Shown: piece after piece, positions 59,080 through 64,000 of the stretch
Numbering within the stretch: position 1 is the first letter of the stretch
How the letters are laid out: every line of letters starts with the position of its first letter
Source of the DNA: Rhizaria sp. SCN 62-66
Lineage: Eukaryota
DNA: 64,000 nucleotides
Direction: 5' to 3'
NCBI GenBank assembly: GCA_001724265.1
Contig: MEDY01000004.1
Location: forward strand, 124,001 to 188,000
Made by a program: the position numbers and the translations under genes
The notes under the pieces: model-generated
The model's input: only the letters and a program-made list of their open reading frames with translations
Database searches by the model: none
What the model was told of the DNA's origin: nothing

Positions 59080-62000
59080 TCACCACCCACTGCGGCCGAG
59101 CGCCTGCGCCTGAGTCCAAAGGCAGACGGTGTCACCGAAAGACACAGCGAAGGACTGTGAGCTCGCATCGTAGGCAGCAGCGTGGAAGTGCGCAAACGCA
59201 CTGCGCGGCCCCGCGCGCGCGAGTTCAGCCTCCTCGTCCTCCCACGGCGCGTCGTCGCCCGCGTCGCCCCATTCGCCAGCAGTGATGTTGCCGAAGTTGA
59301 TGCCGGCGTTGTCGCCGTCAGCCACGCCGGGCTGCTGCGCGAACGGACCGTTGTCCCCGGTACTTGCGCGGTCGTTGGCGTTGCTGTTGTCATCATCACT
59401 ACGATCGCTGCGGTCGCCACCGTCGTCATCGTCGCCGTCGCGACCGAGGGAACCGGCTCCGCTGTCAGCACCGTCGTGGCCATCGCCGAAGTCGCCGCCA
59501 CCCCCGCCGATCCATCGGCCGCCGCGGCGCGTGTCGCGGCCCCAAATAAAGCCCGACGCAGCGCCGCCGAGCGGGGGTAGACCGCCAGAAACCGCAAGTG
59601 CGGCCGCGGCGGCTGCTGCTGTCGCGCTGTCGGTCGCGAGCGCCGCGCCCGCGGCCGCAGCAGCTGCAGCAACGTCGTCCCAGCCGCGGTCTCGAGCGCC
59701 GCCAATGTCGAGCGCGCGCGCGGCGCGGACAACAGCGGCGGCGCGGTGTGCAGGCAGCACAGCAGCGCCTGCAGCGGCGCCGACGACCGTGTCAGCGCCC
59801 GCCGTGGCGCCACCCAGGCGCAGTGCGTGCGCGAGAGCAACGGGCGACCACTGGCGCAGCATGTGCGCGTACGCCAGCGCCGACGCGGGCTCGGCCGCGG
59901 TGTTGACAGCGCCGGCCGCGGGCACGCCCTGGGTCGCCAGGAACGACACGCGCGAGGGCTGCACGGCCACGAGCGCATGTGGCAGGGCGATCACGGCCGA
60001 GACCGTGGCTGCAGCGCCGCGCCGGTTGCGCGGGGGCTCATTAGCAGACCGCCACGTGCCGCGCGGGCGCGCGGACGCGGTTGCCATGTGCATACCACGG
60101 TGCCCGCCCCAACGCGTGCCGGTACTAGAGCCCCAATGTGCACCGCTCGTACCGTACAGCGATGCAACCGGTGTAGGCGGCGTGTTGCTGAGTACAGAAC
60201 GACCGGCGGCCTCAGCCTCAGCCTCAGGGTTGGGAATGATCTCACGCAGCAGCGACAGTAAAGGTTGCGGCTCAGAGTGTACCGGGACAGCGGAGGCCGC
60301 ACCACCAGTGCCGAGCGCGAGCGCGTTCCAGGTTTGCGCACCGGCGCGCGTCAGCCCACCTGTGGAAGCCGCGGCGGAGGGTGCAGCGTACGAGTCGAGC
60401 AGATAGCGGTAACCCGCGTGTGCGGCCGCGCCCCAGCCCCAACCCATGGCGCTCGCTTCCGCCGCACTGCCACCGAGCAGCCACGGACTCGGGTCCAGCG
60501 AGCCGGATAGCAGCTCCAGCGGCGTGGGCTCGGCGGCCCGGCGCGCCTGCGCCTTGACGCGCTCGCGCTCGGCGCGTGTGCGCTGCGCAAGCGGTGCCGC
60601 AAAGGGGTTCGTCCACAGCACGTCCTGCAGCGGGTGCGCCGCGGTGCTGTAGGTGCCCGTGGCGGCGTTGTACGTGTCGGCGTAGGGCGCGTCGAGCGCG
60701 GCTAGATCTGCGGCCAGCGCGACACCCTCGGCTCCAATCGACGCCGCGGCCGTGGCGGCCGAGAGCGCGGAGCCGCCGCGCGCGGGACCCAGCAGGTCCA
60801 CGCACTGCGGCTCGCTGCGCGCAAGGAAACGCACGTCCCACACGCGTACCGTGCCCAGCGAGTCGCCCGCGGTCACGATCGGCGCCTCGGCTGAAGCTGC
60901 GACGGTGGTGACGTAGCCGCCCTGCGCGGGCACCAGCATCGCAGCCACGCCGCCCTCGGTCGTGCGCGTGTCCCACACTGTCACGGCGCCGCGCACGGGG
61001 CCCGCGGCGGCGCGCGGCAGCAGCGAACCCGTTAACAGCACAGTCGGCGACAACGCTGTCAGGCACGTGCTCGCGCCGGTCGTCAGCGGACCGCCCAGCG
61101 CCGCGGCCAGACGCCGCCGCGCCGCCGCCGACTGCGCGCGCAACGGCGCGTGCCGTCCGCGCAGACGCGCCGCGTCGAGCTCCGGCGCCAGAGCCTGCGC
61201 CTCGGCCTCGCGGCACATTTCAGCCAGTCCTGCATGCATCGCGACGCCACCAACCGCAGAACCAGCAGCTGAGGCAGTCGCCGGCGCAGTGCGCGCGCCT
61301 TGGAGCTCAGCGGTCTCAGGGCGGCGTCCGAGCAGTGCGTAGCGGCCAACGCACGCACCCGACTCGCAGTGCCACAGGTGCAAACTGCCGTCGAGAGCTG
61401 TCGAGGCGAAGTACGCGCTCGCGTTCGCGCTGCCGCCGCTGGCGCCACTGGCAGCTGCGGCGGCCGCGGAGGCAGAGGCCGCGGCGAGCGCGTCGTCGTC
61501 ATCGCCGTCATCGTCACCGTCAAGGCCGAGCCCAAAGAGCCCGCCGCCGCCCGACGCGAGGTAGGAACCGCGAGCACCCTTGCCGCCCTGCGCGCGCCGC
61601 TTGCCGCCGCCAGTGCCCGCGGTCGCGAGCGCGTTCGTGGGCGTGTGCGCCGCGGCCCCCACAGCACCGCCTCCAGCGGGGGCCGCGGTGCGGTGCAGCA
61701 GCGCAATGCCGGTGATGGCGCCGAGGTGGCGGCCGGTCTTGCTGGTCGCGGGCAGCGCGAGGCCCGTCTGCAGCGACTGCACGCGCAACACCGAGTCGCG
61801 CGTGCCCAGCACCACGAGCGCGGCGTCGGCGTCGGCCGCCGTGACGGAGCGCCGCGCGCCGGGGCTCACGCGGTGCAGGCGCCGGCCCGACTGCGTCGAG
61901 TAGCACTGCACCGAGTCCGCCGTCGTCGCGAACAGCAGAGCGCCAGAGAGCTGCAGCGACAGGATTGCGTCGCGCAGCGCCACAACCAGTCCGGGGCCCA

Positions 62001-64000
62001 GCGCAGCCGAGGCGGCGGGTGTCGGCGCGGTCAGAGAGAGCGAGTGCGCCTGCGCATGTGCTTGAGCGGGCGGCTGCGTTCCTGCGGCCGCAGCGCTGCC
62101 CGGCAGCGGTGCGACGGTCGGCGACGCGGGCCGGTCCGCGCCGCGCTGGCCGGGGCCGGAGCCGGTGCCCGTGGGCAGCAAGGGCGGGGAGAGCGGGCGG
62201 CGTGCGGGCGGCAGCTGCGGGCTCGCGTGCCGGCTCAGGGTCGGCGAGCCGCGCGCGGGCGTGAGCGACGGGGACGTCGCCGGCACTGAGCTCGCTGCCG
62301 CGACGGGCGCAGACGCCAGAGACAGCGGGGGCACCGCGCCGAGCCCGCGCGCAGCAGCGCCGCGCCGGCCGGCCGCCAGAGGCGTGTTGGCGCCGCTCGC
62401 GCCGGGGCCGGACGCAGCGGCTGCGGGCAGCGCGGGAGAGCCAGCAGGCGCGGACGCGGCGGCAGTCATGGCGACGGGGCCGAGCGAGGGCGAGGGTGGC
62501 GCAGCGGCGCCCCCGCGCGCGACAGTGCGCGTGCTGAGCACAGAGCCACGCAGCAGCAACGCCGCAGCAGCCGCGGTTGAGCTGGCCGCGAACAGCGCGT
62601 CACCGCGTCCGCGACCGGTGGCACGAGTGCGCGCGCGCTGCGCAGGCGTTGCGGCGCCGCTAGCAGTGCCGTAGCCCTGCCCGTAGCCTTGGCCGTAGCT
62701 GGGGCTTGAGCTCTGCCAGGGGTTGTAGTTGCGCACGCGCGCAGGCGAGGTGAACAGACTGCTACTGCTGGTGCTGCCGACCTTGGGGCTGTCGCCGGGC
62801 GCTGGCGGGCTGTAACGCGCGCCCGCGCCGCCGCCACCACTGCCGCGCACCGGTGTGGCGAGCGTCGCCACGCCGGCGTCGCCGGTGTTGACGGGCGCGT
62901 TCGCGAACACCGCGCGCTGCGGCAGCGCGAGGTCCGCGGCGTCGGGCAGCAGGAGCGCCAAGTGAGACAGCGAGCCGCCCATGTTGCCGGCCGACTGAGC
63001 ACTAGCGGTGTCTGTACCCGCGTTCGTGATGACAGGACCGCCCCCAAGCGAGCTGCTGGTTGACAGTGCACGCATCAGTCCCGTGGCGCCCGCATCTACG
63101 GCAACTGCACCGGCTGCTGTCTGCACGGATGCCGAGACAGACGTAGATGCAGAGGGGGCGTCGGTGGAGCCAGAGAGCGACCGCATGTCGGCCTTCCACG
63201 CGCGCACACGGGCGGCCGCGGCCTGCAGAGCGGTCGGCGCGGGCGGCGACGGCGACGGCGACGGCGTGCGCGGCGAGGCCAGTACAGGCGGGGAGTCAGC
63301 GACAGAGGCGTTGGCAGCAGCGAGCGTAGCGGCCTCGGACGCGGAGCGCAACACAGAAGGACGGGCGCGGGGTGCGACTGTGGGCGCAGGCAGGAACGTC
63401 GTCAGTCGAGGACCTGTGATGTGTGACTGCATTGGATCAGCGACCATTGGACTGTCCTCAGCTTCAACATCGTTGGTGATGTCAGTGTCCGGGTTGACAT
63501 CAGCATCGTTGTAAGCAACTACATCTCCAGCGATCGGCAGCAGCGTGCTGTTGCTCTCGGCAGAACGCGCTGGCACGACAGTGTCGGTCCCAACAAACGC
63601 AGACGCGGATGCAGTGGCGGGCGCGGGACGGAAGCCCAGCGCAGAGAACGAAGCAGTGCGCAGCGCATGCACCGGTGTCGCCGCGGCTGACTGCGTTGCA
63701 GGCTGCACAACGCCGTGTGTGGCGGAATGCGAGGGCGACAGTGTGGGGGACGGCACAGGCGAGGGCGACGGCGCAACACCACAAAGCCCGGCAACATCAA
63801 CAGCGGCCACACTCGCGGTGGCGCCAGGCACGGGCGCGGGCACGGGCGATGATGCAGTTCGGAGGAACGGCGTCGCGCCGGCAAAAGCTGGCGCGGGGCG
63901 CGGCGCCACTTGGGTCCGCGGCGCCGCGCCCGCCCTCGTCTTGGGCTTGGTCTTCGCCGCGGCGTCGCGCGGGGAGCGCTGCACCCGCGTCGCGCGGCGC
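59080..64000 (-). CDS. WD40-repeat protein with long low-complexity N-terminal part; probably 5'-partial
   Basis: RHLGAITGIAL, YFASTALDGSLHLWHCESG, GAVTVWDTRT, VTAGDSLGTVRVWDVR. Frame stays open to the window edge. Ends TGA. Confidence 0.7.
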   Translation of the reverse strand, partial: RRATRVQRSPRDAAAKTKPKTRAGAAPRTQVAPRPAPAFAGATPFLRTASSPVPAPVPGATASVAAVDVAGLCGVAPSPSPVPSPTLSPSHSATHGVVQPATQSAAATPVHALRTASFSALGFRPAPATASASAFVGTDTVVPARSAESNSTLLPIAGDVVAYNDADVNPDTDITNDVEAEDSPMVADPMQSHITGPRLTTFLPAPTVAPRARPSVLRSASEAATLAAANASVADSPPVLASPRTPSPSPSPPAPTALQAAAARVRAWKADMRSLSGSTDAPSASTSVSASVQTAAGAVAVDAGATGLMRALSTSSSLGGGPVITNAGTDTASAQSAGNMGGSLSHLALLLPDAADLALPQRAVFANAPVNTGDAGVATLATPVRGSGGGGAGARYSPPAPGDSPKVGSTSSSSLFTSPARVRNYNPWQSSSPSYGQGYGQGYGTASGAATPAQRARTRATGRGRGDALFAASSTAAAAALLLRGSVLSTRTVARGGAAAPPSPSLGPVAMTAAASAPAGSPALPAAAASGPGASGANTPLAAGRRGAAARGLGAVPPLSLASAPVAAASSVPATSPSLTPARGSPTLSRHASPQLPPARRPLSPPLLPTGTGSGPGQRGADRPASPTVAPLPGSAAAAGTQPPAQAHAQAHSLSLTAPTPAASAALGPGLVVALRDAILSLQLSGALLFATTADSVQCYSTQSGRRLHRVSPGARRSVTAADADAALVVLGTRDSVLRVQSLQTGLALPATSKTGRHLGAITGIALLHRTAAPAGGGAVGAAAHTPTNALATAGTGGGKRRAQGGKGARGSYLASGGGGLFGLGLDGDDDGDDDDALAAASASAAAAAASGASGGSANASAYFASTALDGSLHLWHCESGACVGRYALLGRRPETAELQGARTAPATASAAGSAVGGVAMHAGLAEMCREAEAQALAPELDAARLRGRHAPLRAQSAAARRRLAAALGGPLTTGASTCLTALSPTVLLTGSLLPRAAAGPVRGAVTVWDTRTTEGGVAAMLVPAQGGYVTTVAASAEAPIVTAGDSLGTVRVWDVRFLARSEPQCVDLLGPARGGSALSAATAAASIGAEGVALAADLAALDAPYADTYNAATGTYSTAAHPLQDVLWTNPFAAPLAQRTRAERERVKAQARRAAEPTPLELLSGSLDPSPWLLGGSAAEASAMGWGWGAAAHAGYRYLLDSYAAPSAAASTGGLTRAGAQTWNALALGTGGAASAVPVHSEPQPLLSLLREIIPNPEAEAEAAGRSVLSNTPPTPVASLYGTSGAHWGSSTGTRWGGHRGMHMATASARPRGTWRSANEPPRNRRGAAATVSAVIALPHALVAVQPSRVSFLATQGVPAAGAVNTAAEPASALAYAHMLRQWSPVALAHALRLGGATAGADTVVGAAAGAAVLPAHRAAAVVRAARALDIGGARDRGWDDVAAAAAAAGAALATDSATAAAAAAALAVSGGLPPLGGAASGFIWGRDTRRGGRWIGGGGGDFGDGHDGADSGAGSLGRDGDDDDGGDRSDRSDDDNSNANDRASTGDNGPFAQQPGVADGDNAGINFGNITAGEWGDAGDDAPWEDEEAELARAGPRSAFAHFHAAAYDASSQSFAVSFGDTVCLWTQAQALGRSGW

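Noticed and set aside
500-64000. Hundreds of overlapping antisense and alternate-frame ORFs in the track
   Set aside because: Expected shadows of GC-rich coding sequence; Arg/Ala/Pro-rich with no recognisable motifs.

Overview
Gene-dense eukaryotic (probably protist) nuclear DNA with GC-rich coding regions, short AT-rich intergenic spacers and a few short GT-AG introns near gene 5' ends. I can support 13 protein genes: HSPA14/Ssz1-like Hsp70, MAP10-like protein, a C2-domain/low-complexity protein, two tandem giant FUSC/ALMT-type membrane proteins, UTP21/WDR36, a methyltransferase fused to an OB fold, a coiled-coil protein with UBL-like and E2-like parts, VPS2/CHMP2, a TPR-like protein, a signal-peptide multi-pass membrane protein, biotin-protein ligase, and a partial WD40 protein. 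Main observation: five genes each contain exactly one in-frame TAG (7169-7171 minus, 8228-8230 plus, 13106-13108 minus, 30589-30591 minus, 42876-42878 plus), with the frame continuing open past it. In three of them, homologue- or paralogue-conserved sequence lies on both sides of the TAG. No gene model has an internal TAA/TGA or frameshift, and all 13 true gene ends use TAA (6) or TGA (7), never TAG. This points to a non-standard nuclear genetic code in which UAG is a sense codon (Gln most parsimonious, Leu not excluded) while UAA and UGA remain stops. All homology calls are from remembered motifs; no database search was run.
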